DNA of 64,000 nucleotides from contig NW_005434508.1 of NCBI RefSeq assembly GCF_000315625.1, forward strand, positions 46,361 through 110,360, in the 5' to 3' direction. The notes beneath the pieces were generated by a model. It did not search any database. It was not told the DNA's origin and saw only the letters and a list, made by a program, of their open reading frames with translations. Every line of letters starts with the position of its first letter. The stretch's first letter is position 1. A program made the translations under genes and the position numbers. The stretch comes from Guillardia theta CCMP2712. Taxonomy: Eukaryota > Protista > Cryptophyta. Below are positions 22,808 to 39,550 of the stretch, one piece after another.

Positions 22808-24176
22808 ATGGCCTCTCCTCCACCGAAGTACCCGAGATCCGGGCACAACAAGTGTGAGAGCCAGGACATGGAGCATCATAACAACGTTATGAAAGTGAAT
22901 TGTAATTGCTGACATGGTTCTTCCAGGTTGACAGAAGTCAGTTAGCCGCGCTGGAAGGCTGGTCTACACTGATATCTTCATGCGAACGGGAGTTCATTGT
23001 GAACGGGCTGGATCACGGTACAGGCGTTGTGAGGCATGGAGATGAGGTAACGTCGATCTTTCAGGTATCCGCATGGATGGGAGGCAGAGGTTGGAATCGA
23101 GAAACATCCAGCTCAAGGTTGTCCACCGAAGTCTACAGACTTAATTGACGTTGGATAGGTTGGCACGGTGCCCAGCTGCTACGGGTCAGCTTCTGTGCAC
23201 TGTGGTGGAACGAAGGCGATCGCATCCGTGCAGGCTGAGCTGAGCGACACGGGAGCAGAAGGCTCGGGCGCCTCGGTGGAAGTGTCAGTGACGTGCAGCA
23301 ATATGCCGAGCTCAGCTGGGAGGCAAGCAGAGGACATGTCTGCAGCCTTGACTGCGGATGCCAACCGAATCTTTGCGAGACCGATCCCCACCCTCATCAA
23401 GTCCCTCATGGTCTCAGATCGGCATGCATGGAAGCTCTTCGTGGACGTCATGCTGGTTGAATACGACGGTTGTCTGTTAGATGTCGTCTCCATCGCTGTT
23501 TGGGCTGCACTGAGTGACACAAAGCTGCCGACGGTAGGAATCAATGCTGCGTTCTGGATGCCTGTGCACTTACGTGTACCAACAGCTGTCAACCTTCACC
23601 AATGCAGACGGGAGCGTTGGTGTGGAGCTTTCGTTGGAGATGGAGGAGAAGAACAAGAAGCCGCTAGACTTGAGCTCGGTGCCAACGTATGTCTCCATCA
23701 CGCAGGTACCTTGTGGTTTGTTTGTTCATGAAGGTGACGGCCTCCTCTAAGGTGGGCAAACACTTTATCGCCGACGCTACTGCGATCGAGGAGGCATGTG
23801 CCGGATGCAGGATATCATATGCTATCAATGCAAGGAACGAGGTGCAATTGATGGCATTTTTTTTTCTTTGAGATTGACAAGCAAGTGTACAGGTTTGTTG
23901 CATCCACAAGAGTGAAGGTAGAGGATTGAAACCAACACAAGTGCGAGAGGGAAGGGGGAAAATGGGTATCTTCTGACTTATCGCAGATTGTCAGCACGAT
24001 GGGAGCAGCCACCCAGTTCGGATCGAACAGGATGAAGTTTCTGGACAAGAAGTTGCAAGGTCTCAGCGTCCTAGCTTCCTGTGCTGCACGAGCTCACTAC
24101 TAACACTTGGCTGTGCCTCTCAGACTTGATCGACAAGGATTCAGGAGATGATCTGTTGGACCGTGATGTACTATAA
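22808..24176 (+). CDS. RRP42: Exosome RNase PH-like subunit RRP42 (EXOSC7-like), multi-exon
   Basis: Spliced reading ISSCEREFIVNGLDHG/IRMDGRQRLESR...GSASV...WKLFVDVMLVEYDGCLLDVVSIAVWAALSDTKLP...FIADATAIEEAC. Start and stop are approximate. Confidence 0.8.
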
Positions 24177-24466
24177 AAATAAAACAATGCTGACTAATAT
24201 TTTCGATTGTTTGGGATCTGAAACCCCATCGTTCCAAAGTTAGCATCGAAACGTTGTTATATACATACTTTTCAGATCCATGCCTCAGCCTCCGTCACGG
24301 TCCGTGGCCGCGGATAGTGCGCGGTCACACAGTCACTCGGCCTCGGCCCGGCGGCCCGGCTCTTCGGAGTGCCTCAGTCACGGTGCTGTTCCCGAGTCCA
24401 CTACTGCCTGAGACTCTCAGCCGCAGTGATCAAGTTCAAGTTACATAAGAAACGGTTCTTCCCGGT

Positions 24467-24528
24467 TTACTCAAAGTTAAGTTAAAAATCAGTACGAGGA
24501 CAATCAGGAGAGTCGAGGAGGCTTGACC
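24467..24528. repeat. Conserved ~60-bp dispersed element, copy C (closest to consensus), followed by extra TTACTCAAAGT half-sites
   Basis: TTACTCAAAGTTAAGTTAAAAATCAGTACGAGGACAATCAGGAGAGTCGAGGAGGCTTGACC; TTACTCAAAGT recurs at ~24570 and ~24601. Confidence 0.88.
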
Positions 24529-25803
24529 CTGACACTGTCGCACAGGCCAAACGGCGAGAAGAGAAAAGGTTACTCAAAGTTAAGAGTCAGTACTACGGCT
24601 TTACTCAAAGTCAGTTAAGGTATCGTACTGTAAGTCAAGTTACTAAGTTACTCAACTGAGTCTCAGTAGCTGTCAGAGCCCGCCCGGCCAGACCACGCCC
24701 GACCCGGCCCAGCGGCCCTCCGCCCGGCCCGGACCGTACATCGGTTGAAGAAAAATCCTCGGTCACGGTGGTGCCACGGCGCGCCCGCCGAGTGACTCCG
24801 AGCCGGGGCGTCTGGCAATGACGCAATGTCACTTTTATGAGTAAAGATTGTCAGTAGTAAACTTAGAGAGGAGCGAGTGAGCGAGTCGTCGTGCCCAGTA
24901 GCCCAGTAGAGGTAGGTGGATGGTGCTTGCGAGTCTCGGAACACTAGAGAGATCTACCTCCTTGAAGCGGCAGCGTTTGACTGTTTACCCTCGATTACAA
25001 GTGGCTTTTTAACTCACCGTGACTGCTGCGTGTCAGAAGATGGAGTTAAACTAACGCATCACAAAACATGATTTTTATTTTGATATTAGGTGGAGGGTGG
25101 GGTACCATTGAATCATCCATGGGATACCTGAGCGGAAATGGACGGGTTGCGCCCCTACCCCTGTTGTTCCCAATCGGTGTGGCCCTTGGCAATCTAAAAG
25201 GATTTTGTTTGTGTTGTATTGGCTATTTCAATCGTTCCCAAATCAAGCTGTTTCATACCATGGGTAACTTAAAACAATAGTTTTTAGGCCAGAAGGGGTC
25301 AGAGGATTTGGATGAGGGGTAGGGTACTCAATTTGTACCTCAAAGGGGTCCATGGGTAGTGTTTCTGGTACTACAGCTTGATAAGGGTGGGTTGGGTGGC
25401 TTGCTCGGTAGAGGGTGGGGTGGAATGGGGGTTGGAACAGGGGTAAAAGAGGAATCGTGAGACGCAGAGATCGTGCAGGTGTTGTAGCAAGAGCAGAAGG
25501 CAGGAGCTTAATTAAGCACGCGGAAAGCAGGAGCGAGGAAGGAGAATCGAAGACGAACAAGTCCAAGGATTCGTAGCCAACACATACAGCTGCACCGAAG
25601 GCACGCGACACTGCTAGTCTTGACCACCAATTCGAATACGCAAGGAACGGAAGTTTTTGAGCTGAACTAGCCTCCTCACTCAAGAGATCATTTCGATTTT
25701 TCTTAGAGGGAGATTGGAAGCTTGGTTTGTGCCTGGATGCGTGTTGAGCATTGATTTTCTGCCGGCACATTTCGATATTCCGTCAAACCAAGAATCCGTA
25801 TTA

Positions 25804-26298
25804 ATGACGCAGGGTCACGAAGACTTCATTATGAGAAGCTCGTCAAGTGGATCGTTTCAGCGATCGGCTTCGTCAGATTGGACAGCGCATGCGCTGCATG
25901 ACCCAGAGATATGTGCGGCACCTCTGGACTTCGACATTTCTCTCTACGACTTTGAAGAAAACCTTGACTTCGATCTGGACCAGAGCTACTTTCAGAACAA
26001 GCTGGAGGCGAAAGCGAATTTATTTGCGGGAGGGGAGGATCTTTTGGGGAGTGCTAAGAGCAGCCTAGAGATATGTATCAAGCCTTCAATCTCTCGATTC
26101 GGAGAGATCTTGAGGGGAGGGGTGTACTCCCAGTACGGGTTCGAATCCACGAAACACCCGGCGGAGAAATCCATAAACCGGAACGGGGACTTTGTGAAGG
26201 AAGAGCCACTGATTGTTCCGAATGCCGAAGAATCTAGAGGGAGAGATAGAAGGCTGAGCGAGGGTGAGCTCTGGCTGTGCTCGGCCCGGCTAATCTAG
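25804..26298 (+). CDS. Hypothetical protein (acidic, low-structure exon)
   Basis: ORF of ~165 codons from ATG with a possible donor (GAGG/gtgagc) near its end; no family recognised. Confidence 0.4.
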   Translation: MTQGHEDFIMRSSSSGSFQRSASSDWTAHALHDPEICAAPLDFDISLYDFEENLDFDLDQSYFQNKLEAKANLFAGGEDLLGSAKSSLEICIKPSISRFGEILRGGVYSQYGFESTKHPAEKSINRNGDFVKEEPLIVPNAEESRGRDRRLSEGELWLCSARLI

Positions 26299-26827
26299 AC
26301 ATGCTTTTGTTGTCACATTATTCTTTCCACATCAATTATTGTTTTCAACTGTTGTCTTTTTTACTTTCAATGAAGTAAAATTACATCTTCAAAGAAGTGA
26401 TTCCCCGATAGATGATTTTTTAATTGCAAAAGCGCAAAGATTTTCACATGTTTGAAGTCGGGTTGTCAGTCAAACGTTAGAGGCATTGGAGACACGGAAT
26501 ATAGAAGGATTGCAAATGTATTTCTGGTTTTTTAGAACTTGAATCGAATATTTCTGTTGGTGGGTTTGCTGTCTATCCTCGATATTTTCCGCCTTCACAT
26601 CAAGAATGGGCAGCCAGCAGAGCCGGTGTTTTAAGACATAGTATGTGGCCTATGATGAGGTATTCAATCCGAGTCAGGCGTGGAGTTGAAGACAACAGGA
26701 TCAAAGGATGTTTGAGTCAGATGAGTTTTGTCTGCACTTCAAAACTTCATTCAAGATACATTCATGATTGCCTCGACAGGTTAACAAGTCACATTCTACA
26801 CAAAACAATGATCGGGTTGGGCGCTCC

Positions 26828-27360
26828 TCACTTCCTGCCACCCACTAGAGGCATTCCACCCGAAGCTCCCCTAGCACACCTTGAGTCAGTACACGACGAC
26901 AACGATGTCCTTCTCGCTCACCATGCATCCAACTTTCCGCCGGTCTTGGAAGCACTGGCGATTACCTGCAGCCAGACATCACAAGGTGAAACTCTAGAGC
27001 CCGAGCACTCACATCAGCAGTGGTCGACTTGGACAGACCTTGCTCGCTCATAGCACGCTGCAGGCAAAGCCATTCAGTATGACTAACACACATGACCTTC
27101 CTTTCATCTCATCCACCTGGAACAGCTTGAATTCATTCTCAGTAACAGGTGCTGACATGTCTGAGTGAGCAACCAAAAGGCACAGAAAACAATCAAAATT
27201 ACCAGCACCCTTAGCAACAGCAAGGAGCTTTGTTGTGCGCTGCCCGTTGCTCTTGATTCCTGCCACAAAATGAATTTAGATGTGTTCCCTGAAAAGTTTC
27301 CTTGCACTACGAATATGCTAACACTAGACGTCGTATGCCAACACAATACATCGTGGCATT
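26828..27360 (-). CDS. 3' exons of a small hypothetical gene with many short introns
   Basis: Exons GIKSNGQRTTKLLAVAKGA / PVTENEFKLFQVDEMKG / VIASASKTGGKLDAW / GASGGMPLVGGRK* separated by ~40-50 nt GT-AG introns. Confidence 0.35.
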
Positions 27361-28641
27361 CTACTTCATTTTCAATGTTTTTGACTTTCTGTAAGTCTCA
27401 TTCAACCAAAAAAAATTCAATCGAACATCCCTCGCTGTTTGCATATTTCACTAAAAAAGGCCTTTGCACACAATGGACAAGCAATACGATATTGCATCAA
27501 GAATCGGCACATTGCGACAATAACGTTGAGCTAAAACGAAGACTTAATGAAACTCTCCATCAGCTACCACAAAATAAATGAAATAGGTTGGTGATCCACA
27601 GACCTCCTTTTTCTGCACTAATTAGAACATCCCATAAGACACCATCCCGACAAAGCAGACACCATCGTCTGCCCTTGTATGATACTTTTTTTCACGAGCT
27701 AAATTAACGCACATTCTTCATGCGAACTCTCATTCCCCCTCACATGACCTCTCGTTTGAACTCTCGCTGCCATGCCAGAACTCTGTCACAACAAATCCTT
27801 TCTCTCCCCTTCCTCTCTCCTCCCTTCCTCTCCCCTTCCTCTCTCCTCCCCTCCTCCCTCCATCCGCTCACCATGATCAGCAACGATGCCCCACATTGTC
27901 GGCGGTTCTATTTCCGGGCAAAATCATCCCCCTCATATTCTACCTCGTCTTCGGGCACCCCCGCGCCAGAATGTGTACTAGTGTACCGCGGAATAGCTGA
28001 CTTGTGATCGGGGTGACTCGTCCGACGGTCAAGTTGAACTTCGGAGCCTCCGAGGCTCGGAGTTCGCCGGGCAAGTAGGCCGGGCCGCCAGTGCCGGCGG
28101 GTGACCGGCCCGCCGGGCCAGGCCGGGCGAGCCTCTGGCGGGAAGGCAGGATGAGTCCGGCTTCATCTGCCGGGCGGCCGGCCGGAGCGCCTGGTGGCCG
28201 CGCCGGCGCCCAGCCGCACGGGCAGGAGGTACCATTGCCCGCCGCCCGCGGCCGCCCGCGGCCGCCGGGGACCCGGGACGGGCACTTGAAAACCGTTGAA
28301 CGGGAGTCCCGACGGGCCTGAGTCCTGATCGAACGTACGGTAGTCCAGGCTACTCCGGGGGCCAGTCCGGGGGCCGGGCCCGCCGGCCGCCTGAGCCGGA
28401 TAGATGGGGATGAGGGTTTGCTTGCTGCATGAGGGGCACGATGGCGAATTGCACGTGCGGTATGGCGTTGTAGGGAGAAGAGTCGAGGAGGTGAGGACGA
28501 AGAGAGAGGAGGAGGAAGAGAGGAGGAGGAAGAGAGGAGGAGGAAGAGAGGAGGAGGAAGAGAGGAGGAGGAAGAGAGGAGGAGGAAGAGGAGACAGACG
28601 TAAGGGATGAAGAGGAGTGGAGCAGAAAGGAGAGGCAGAGG

Positions 28642-32438
<3,797 letters not shown>

Positions 32439-32508
32439 AGGCTGCCTCCAGCTGCAGTGGAGCTGGGCAGGGGAGGAGAGAAGTGAGAATGAATTGGCTA
32501 TGTACATG

Positions 32509-32858
32509 TCATGTGTCGAACGTCACAGTGTCGCGGAAGTTTGACAAAGTCACGTGGTGGGTCCCAGCTCGGTCCCCCGCAGCTCGGAAGACGTCCCACA
32601 GACGGTGAGCGACCCGCTCGTACCCCTAGCTGGAGGTCAGCTGGACCTGAGGCGAGATCGGGGAGACGCACCTTGGCGAGGTACCTCGGCTGGTAGAGGA
32701 AGCTTGTGTGACGAGCTGAGAAGCAGAGGGTGAGGTTGCATAGAAGAGTCGAGGGGAGGGGGAGGTGAAGGAAGAGGAAAAATAGCTGGAGAAGGAGGAA
32801 AAACATCAACATCATCAACACCACCACCACCATCAACATCAACGACAACAACAACATC

Positions 32859-32904
<46 letters not shown>

Positions 32905-33056
32905 ACAACAACACCATCATCATCACCATCATCATCACCATCACCATCACCATCACCATCATCATCACCATCACCATCACCATCATCATCATCATCACCA
33001 CCACCACCACCACCACCACCACCACCACCACCACCACCACGACCACCATCATCATC

Positions 33057-33115
<59 letters not shown>

Positions 33116-36100
33116 CAAGTGATGTCGATCGGCAGCTCCGATCTTCTCGCAGGCGGGGTCAGCTGGCGAGAGCCGGGCTGTCCCCTCTGCAGAGGACGAG
33201 GAGAAGCCTCATGNNNNNNNNNNNNNNNNNNNNNNNNNNNNNNNNNNNNNNNNNNNNNNNNNNNNNNNNNNNNNNNNNNNNNNNNNNNNNNNNNNNNNNN
33301 NNNNNNNNNNNNNGAACAGAGGGAAGTAGGAGGACAACGAGAAGGAAGAGAGGGAGGACGAGGACGAGGACCGTGGCTGTTGTCGTGATGCCATTGAAAT
33401 TGTCTGTGTCGACTACAAGCTCGCATGCTCCGCATCTCTTCGCGTGCATGTCCCCGCTGAGATGTTGTTAGCAACTCAAGGAGAGGAGAAAGAGGAGGAG
33501 GAGAAGGAGGAGGAGGTTAGAGAAGGAGGAGCAGGAGGAGCAGAAGGAGGATAGAAAAGAATGGAGGAGGAGGAGGAGGAGGAGGAGGAGACGAAAAGAA
33601 TCCTCATGTTGGATGCCTTCACCTCACCCTTTACTTCATCCCCTCTCCGTTGCTCTCCTGCTAATCTGACTGAGATCTGCCTGTAGATGACGCATGGAAG
33701 GGAGGGTACGACACGATGCCGGGAGGAGGAGCAGTGACGTGGCGGGCGAGGACGACTTCGGTACCTCCTCCTCATTCCTCCACTTGTTCCTCTTCTTCTT
33801 TGACTGCTGCTGCCGCAGCTGGCTGAGAGCTCGCAAGTGTTTGACTGGAAGTTGTTCAACCAGAAGGAGGTGACGAGACTCTCAAGTCCTCGTCCTCGTC
33901 CTCTCCGCCTCCCTCTCCCACTTCCTTTCCCTCGTATTTTCCTCCTCCTCCTCTTCCTCCTCTTCCTCCTCTTCCTCCCCTACCTCCCTTCCCTTTGCTC
34001 TTCCTCATTTCCCCATCCTGATCCTCATCACCATGCATATNNNNNNNNNNNNNNNNNNNNNNNNNNNNNNNNNNNNNNNNNNNNNNNNNNNNNNNNNNNN
34101 NNNNNNNNNNNNNNNNNNNNNNNNNNNNNNNNNNNNNNNNNNNNNNNNNNNNNNNNNNNNNNNNNNNNNNNNNNNNNNNNNNNNNNNNNNNNNNNNNNNN
34201 NNNNNNNNNNNNNNNNNNNNNNNNNNNNNNNNNNNNNNNNNNNNNNNNNNNNNNNNNNNNNNNNNNNNNNNNNNNNNNNNNNNNNNNNNNNNNNNNNNNN
34301 NNNNNNNNNNNNNNNNNNNNNNNNNNNNNNNNNNNNNNNNNNNNNNNNNNNNNNNNNNNNNNNNNNNNNNNNNNNNNNNNNNNNNNNNNNNNNNNNNNNN
34401 NNNNNNNNNNNNNNNNNNNNNNNNNNNNNNNNNNNNNNNNNNNNNNNNNNNNNNNNNNNNNNNNNNNNNNNNNNNNNNNNNNNNNNNNNNNNNNNNNNNN
34501 NNNNNNNNNNNNNNNNNNNNNNNNNNNNNNNNNNNNNNNNNNNNNNNNNNNNNNNNNNNNNNNNNNNNNNNNNNNNNNNNNNNNNNNNNNNNNNNNNNNN
34601 NNNNNNNNNNNNNNNNNNNNNNNNNNNNNNNNNNNNNNNNNNNNNNNNNNNNGTCACTGAGGAGGAGATCAAGGAGGAGGATCCGTTCGAACTTTCCTCT
34701 AAGGAGGAGGAGCAGACGGACGATATAAAAGAATGGAGGAGGAGGACGAGGAGGAGGAGGAGCATGGGGGAGTCACCCATTGAGATCGACGAGGATATGA
34801 GCACCCATCTCGTTGACGAGCTCAGCAGCTGCCGTGTCTGAGATGTGTGCGACGTTGATGAACTTCTGACGCTGCGGAAGGTCTCCCGCCCGCTCCACCT
34901 CCTGGTCCCCAGTCATGATCAGGTGAACTACCTCCACCTTCTCCTCGTCGTGCTCCGGGAACATCGCCTTGAGCGTCGCATGCGACCCATGGTTCATCCA
35001 GGTGTGCGAGGACGCGTACACCAGGATCAGTCTCCTCTCCGGCAGAGCCAGGGCCCGAACGTTGCTAAGAACCTTCCAGTAGACTGGGGTGATCCTCGAG
35101 TAGAACCAGTCGCCCCATGCGCGGTGGAGGAGGAGGAGTTCTTCTAGGTCGAGCTCCTGCGCCAGCGCATCGATGGAGGGGACGACGAGGGCGCGGGACC
35201 AGGGGCAGAACCTAGCGAGCCCCTTCCAGCACAGGCTCGCGTTCCTGATCACCTCCCGCTGGTACCTGCTGCCCCTCTCATGCTCGTCCCAGCAGCAGAT
35301 CGCGTTGGAGGACACAAACAAGTTGCTCTGAGCCACAGCCTTGAACGCCAGCCTCCCCGCCACCGCCTCCCTGTACAGCCCCCGCGCGTCCTCCTGCACC
35401 GAGCTGACCTCGCTTCCCATCCCGTAGAAGAAGTCTCCAAACCTCTGAGCAGGGAGTCCACTGCCGTTCATCAGCAGCGAGTCCAGCTCGTACATCCCCG
35501 CGTTGCGGTCGAAGGGAGGAGCTCCCGCTCTCTCCAGCCCCAGCCCCTCCGGGTCCTCTCCCCTGAAATCCTCGTCTGCCGCCAGCTCCTCCTGGTAGGG
35601 GTTCCATCCCGCGTGAGGAGGGAGCGAGCAGCTCTTGTGCTTGGGCACTGACATCCCTTCCTTGCCCACTGAGATGAGCGGAGTAAGAGAGTCCAGCACG
35701 GTGCGGATGCTGGAGACGTCAACGATAGGGACGAGGGCACCTGGGACGGTGGGATGGGGGACCCTGCTGACGTGCGGGTAGCGGACGTTGGCGTCCAGCG
35801 ACAGCAGCAGCATGTGAAGCACGCAGTCGTAGGCTGTCACGTTGAGCCGATGGAGCATCCTCTCCAGCGATCGGCCAAGGGTATAGCAGTCGCTCGGCCT
35901 CCCATGCAGGTGAAGGAAGCGCGAATGGGAGAGGGAGGCGGAGGAAGGAGCAGGGAGGCCAGGAGCAGCGGCGATCTCAGCGTCCACGAGCACAGGAGCG
36001 CGGGTTTCGGCCCTGATGATGAAGACTTCAGCGTTCAAGTTATGGTGGATCACGTTTGCTGTCTGTAGCGCCTCCAGGATGTTGAGGCAATGGTGGAGGA

Positions 36101-36995
36101 ACAAAGTCAGGGACGCTGTATCCCCAGCCTCCACTACCGCCCTCAGGAACGAGTTCGAGCTCTGCCCAAACACCTGCTCCACCTCATACGCAGACCAGAC
36201 GCCTCCTGCTCCTGCAGACACTCTCTCCAGCTCCTCGTGGCGGATGACTATAGGGAAGTGCTTGGCAAACCTACATCGTTCAACCTCCACCAGCCTCCTG
36301 AAGACCACTGACTCCCTCCATGCAGCATCCCCCGACGTCTGCTTCACGATGCTCATCCCGTTCCAGGCATGCTGCGCCAGCATCTCCATCATCGTCTCCT
36401 CGTCCGTCTCGCCCGACGGCTGCAAGGCTGCCGGGTGATCCTCGTCATGCTGGAGGGCGTAGTGTCGCTCCGAGTGCGCGTAGTGGGGGAAGACCGGGTA
36501 GGCAGTTTCGTGCATCACCGAGTTGGAGGGGAAGAGGAGGGGGAGGAGAGGACAGAGCTCGTTGTTCACTGCCGCCACCTCAAACGAGTTGTGGATCGCC
36601 CGACAGTGATAGGCTTTCGTGAACGCGTCCCGCGCCTCCCCGAGACGCGACGCCTGGCACCGCATGGATCCCAGCAGGTAAAGGGCGTCGGCATCGGAAG
36701 GGTTGAGGAGGAGGCAGGTAGCGATCGCTCTCTCTGCCTGCACGAACTTGCCATGCAGTATGTACGCCCCCGCCATCGAACGAAGCGCTTCCACCAACTG
36801 AGTCGCATCCTCTTGGCCGGGAGGAGGGCTGGTCAGCCGCTCGACCTGCTCGAGGGGGAAGAAGGACTGGGAGGGAGTCACTCGGATCCTCTGCGCGCCA
36901 CCCGCCATGAGCAGCAGCAGCAGCAGCAGCACCCGCGCCCTTGCCGCCCTCCCATCCTGCATGGAATGAACCCACTCACGGCACTTGTGGACCAC
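32509..36995 (-). CDS. Divergent GT41 (OGT/SPINDLY-like) protein: signal peptide, TPRs, kinase-like insert, glycosyltransferase lobes; spans gaps
   Basis: VLLLLLLLMAGG hydrophobic leader; TPR LLLNPSDADALYLLG; SDTAAAELVNEMGAHILVDLNG; later SFWLNNF and a final exon GYERVAHRLWDVF. The 3' structure is partly hidden by N-gaps. Confidence 0.7.
32800..33112. repeat. (CAT/CAC)n compound trinucleotide repeat (intronic)
   Basis: Direct reading of the sequence. Confidence 0.95.
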
Positions 36996-37259
36996 ATCCC
37001 CTCCATGACCGGGGCATATAAGGAAAAAAATGAGGAAATCCCAGGGGGGAAATGCTGAGAAGAAAGGAAAGGGACGAGCGGACTAGGAAAAGTTTAAGGA
37101 GCAGGAGCAGAGAGTGAGAGAGTGAGGATAGAGGCAAGAACTTGAAGAGGAGGAGGAGGAGGGAGAGTAAGACACGGCAGCGAGCACGAGCAGGAGAGAT
37201 TGAGCGAGGGGGGGGGGAATTGCCGATCAACCCTGTGTTTCAAGGAAGATAGTCAGATC

Positions 37260-39227
37260 ATGACCAGAAGTTCCGTGCTCGTCGTGCTGTTCGTCCTCTT
37301 CCTCTCTCTCCCTCTTTCTTTCTCTCTCCTTGCCCAGCCGTCAGGCTCCAAGCTGGCCTTCGCTCCTCGACTGGGACACAAAGGAAGGGAGGGCGGGGAT
37401 AGAAATTTCTTCGCTCGCTTCCTGCGCAGGAGGACGGGACTTTCCATGTCCAACCTTGACGCCTCCGCGTCAGGGAGCGGCGGAAAGTCTCCCAGGGAGG
37501 GCGAAGGCTCTTCGATGCTGCAGCGAGTGCCATGGGGAGTGGTGTACGGGGTTGGGTTCGGGGCCCTTACGGCCTCAAGGATCTCGCACGAGGCGCACCT
37601 GCAAGGGTTCTACATCAACAGCGTCGGACTCGCTCCGAGCGCCATCGGGGCAGGATGGTCGCTCTTCTGCCTGCTGGTGGCGTTTGCAGAGCCTGTGATC
37701 GGGGTCATGCTCGATCGGCTGAGGTGAGAAGGGGAGGGAGCGAGGGAGCGAGGAGAGGGAGAGAAGGGGAGGGAGGGGCAGTAGCAGGAAGAATGTGCGG
37801 AGAGAGAGGAAGGAGGCAGAGAGGAGGATGTAGGAGGATGTAGGAGGATGTAGGAGGATGTAGCGTGCAGCCCGTCCTGACGTGCTTCCAGGTCTAGGGG
37901 GGTTAGTCCTCCTACTGTCCTCAGGCTCCTCCTGCTGCCCTGGCTTGCCTTCGTGTTCTTGATCTGGACGCCGTCCAGCGCTGCTGCCCCCTGGACTGTT
38001 TTCCTCACCGTCATTGTGTTTGGGCTCCTTCAGGTAGATGCTGAGGAGGCAGGAGGAAGGAAGTAGCAGCAAGAAGGATGCAGCAGGCAGCAGGCAGCAG
38101 GACAGGAGGCAGGAGGACAGGAGGCAGGAGGACAGGAGGCAGAAGGCAGAAGAGGAAGGAGGCAGAAGAGGAACGAGGCAGGAAAGGGCAAGCCTTGGAG
38201 CAGGGCGTGATAGCTTGTTGTCTCTCAGGCCACCATGAACTTGGGCCTTCTCTCGGTCTACCCGACGATTTTCCCCACCAAGGAGGCGCGAGCAAAAGCG
38301 TTGGTCCCCCAGCAGGTAGTTAGAATGCCTCATTCACTGTCCTCTTCTTTTCCACTTTCTTCATCTCCTCCTCTATTCCACTTTCATCATCTCCTCCTCT
38401 ATTCCACTTTCATCGTCTCCTCCTCTTTTCCACTTTCATCGTCTCCTACTGCCCTCAGATCTTCTGCTCTTGTGTTTCTCCTCCTCTCTCCTTTCTCCCC
38501 TCTCTCATACTTTCTCCTTCTTTTCTCTTTTCTCCTCTCTTCCTCTCTCCTCCCTTCCCCTGCCCCCTCCTCGCCTCGTTTTCTTCACCCTCCTGCCAGG
38601 CCATGACCATCGTCGGTCTCCTTGTGGGCATGACAACACCAGCAATCCTCTCGGACGACTGGCAGCAGCCTGTTCGGACCTGCTTCTCCCCTGCCCTACT
38701 TGCTTTGAGTCTTGTTGCAGCACGCCTTCAGCTCAAGATTCGTCCTGGGACTCGCAGGTGATCTTGAGGAGAGGAGGGAAGGAAGAGGAGGTAGAGCAAG
38801 GAGCAGGAACGGGAGATGAGAGAAAGTGAGAGAGGACGAGGGGGAGGAGGAGAAGGAACAGGAGGACAAGAGTTTCCAGGCAAGAGGAGAAGAGCTGATT
38901 CTTCTCGTAGCTGCCACGATGTTCTCGTTTGTCTTGATGCAGATTCCGCACGCGAAGGACTCGAAGCCTGTGGGGAAGGAGGAGGAAAAGAAAGTCAGGG
39001 GAAGCTCTACCCTCCAGTTCCTCTCCATCTTCTCGAACCGGTTGTCATGCCCCTGACATGTCAAAGGGAAACTTTAACGAGCTTGCAGGTTTTTCCGGCT
39101 CATTCTCGCAACAATTTTCATGTCGCAGGTGAAATGGAAAAACTTGTCAGGGCCCTAGAGACTGAGCGGCTGTGTCCCCGCAGATAGGAAACGCGCTGCT
39201 TGCCTCAACCCTTCCGCTCTTTGCCAA
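37260..39227 (+). CDS. GPH/MelB-like MFS transporter with N-terminal signal+transit-like presequence; 3' half not visible
   Basis: MTRSSVLVVLFVLFLSLPLSFS leader, basic Ser-rich spacer, then GFYINSVGLAPSAIG...AFAEPVIGVMLDRLR and LLSVYPTIFPTKEARAK motifs over short exons. Confidence 0.7.
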
Positions 39228-39506
39228 GTGAGGAAGAGGAGGAGGGAGGAGGGAGGAGGGAGGAAGGGGGAGAGGGAGGAGAGGGAGGAGAGGGAGGAGA
39301 GGGAGGAGGAGGAGGCGGGAGGAGGAAGAGAGCAAGGAGGCGGGAGCGTGATGGCCTTTAGTTAAGGGTAGAGGGAATCAGGATCAGGTGCAACAACGAA
39401 ACCGTAGAGACGGTGATACTGCAATCGGACGGTTTGAGAACGGAAGATGAGGCAGGAGATCGAGGACGAAAAGGAGGAGCAAGACGAGCAGGAGTGGGAC
39501 CTCGAT

Positions 39507-39550
<44 letters not shown>

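Noticed and set aside
24467-24528. Conserved element as a spliced-leader RNA gene (minus strand G/GTCAAG...ATTTTT)
   Set aside because: The sequence upstream of the putative donor, which would be the invariant leader exon, differs among the three copies.
32498-33118. Poly-Met/Val ORF
   Set aside because: Translation of the intronic (CAT/CAC)n repeat.
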